Shown here piece by piece: positions 63,581-64,000 of a stretch of DNA of 64,000 bases. This stretch comes from a virus, in the IMG/VR virus record IMGVR_UViG_3300020576_004720, positions 7,706 through 71,705 of that record. One strand, written 5' to 3'. Within the stretch, counting starts at the first letter, position 1. Each line of letters begins with the position of its first letter. The notes under the pieces were generated by a model that had not been told where the DNA came from, did no database searches, and saw only the letters and a program-made list of their open reading frames with translations. The position numbers and the translations under genes are program-made.

Positions 63581-64000
63581 ATGAAACATAATATAAAGGA
63601 AAAAGTTTGTAAAATATGTAAAATTCAGAAAACAATATCTGAATTTTATCCTAAATCAGATGGATATTTTACAGGTTCCTGTAAAGAATGTTTATGTCAA
63701 AAGCAAAAGTCCTACCCTAAAAGTAGGAAAATTTATCCTAAAGAGTACTATAGAGAAAAATTTGTCATAAGTAAGTATAATCTTACAAAGAAAGAATATG
63801 ACAAAATATACTTTGAACAAGTAGGAAAATGTGCTATTTGTGGTACTCCAGAATCAGAACTAAATAAGAGTTTATGTGTAGATCATGATCATAAAACAGG
63901 AAAAGTACGAGGCTTACTCTGTTCTTTGTGTAATAAAGGTTTAGGTTCATTTAAAGATAATCAATCAAATATAGAAAACGCATTGTATTATCTAATATCA
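63581..64000 (+). CDS. endonuclease VII-like (T4 gp49-type His-Me finger) protein, 3'-truncated by the window end
   Basis: Hand translation gives ...CAICGTPESELNKSLCVDHDHKTGKVRGLLCSLCNKGLG..., the Endonuclease_7 signature. Confidence 0.55.
   Translation, partial: MKHNIKEKVCKICKIQKTISEFYPKSDGYFTGSCKECLCQKQKSYPKSRKIYPKEYYREKFVISKYNLTKKEYDKIYFEQVGKCAICGTPESELNKSLCVDHDHKTGKVRGLLCSLCNKGLGSFKDNQSNIENALYYLIS

Noticed and set aside
1-64000. CRISPR arrays, rRNA genes, transposase or IS elements, integrase.
   Set aside because: No spaced direct-repeat arrays, rRNA-like conserved blocks, terminal inverted repeats flanking a transposase, or tyrosine/serine recombinase motifs were seen.

Overview
This window looks like part of a large, AT-rich, virulent-type bacteriophage genome. 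The host is probably a Bacteroidetes (Flavobacteriia/Cytophagia-like) bacterium. Supporting points: almost no Shine-Dalgarno motifs, five copies of a TTTG-N20-TATATTTG promoter consensus typical of Bacteroidetes sigma-A, and a DUF1573-like protein.

Layout, left to right:
- 1-12.0 kb: leftward (minus-strand) block of small hypothetical genes. Between them sit tRNA-Met, tRNA-Arg, an atypical tRNA-like gene and three tRNA-like acceptor/T-arm minihelices placed exactly at gene stop codons.
- 12.04-12.31 kb: divergent control region.
- 12.3-37.5 kb: rightward block. It carries PhoH, a secreted archaemetzincin-like metalloprotease, a DUF1508/YegP-like protein, a SAM-dependent methyltransferase, a phosphoribosyltransferase-like protein, a DUF1573 protein and a PD-(D/E)XK nuclease. 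These are followed by terminase large subunit, portal, scaffold-like and major structural genes.
- 37.5-41.6 kb: tRNA island 1 with 17 tRNA genes, interleaved with two HNH homing endonucleases.
- 42.2-44.0 kb: a beta-helix tailspike-like gene.
- 44.15-44.58 kb: tRNA island 2 (Leu, Leu, Ser, Ser, Tyr).
- 44.7-46.1 kb: a GIY-YIG endonuclease and a standalone DEDDy 3'-5' exonuclease.
- 48.2-63.5 kb: a second structural block with an SPFH-domain protein, giant proteins of 1534, 878, 1954 and 556 aa that share internal repeats, and a C-terminal tail-lysozyme-like domain.
- 63.6 kb to the window end: a partial endonuclease VII-like gene.

No CRISPR array, integrase or rRNA was seen.

The most unusual signal is a repeated module of promoter, tiny leader ORF, rho-independent terminator, then a tRNA array starting on the next base. 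The codons of each leader peptide are enriched for exactly the amino acids whose tRNAs lie downstream. The clearest case is a 23-aa leader rich in Leu/Ser/Tyr ahead of the Leu-Leu-Ser-Ser-Tyr array. This looks like a ribosome-mediated attenuator controlling phage tRNA operons.
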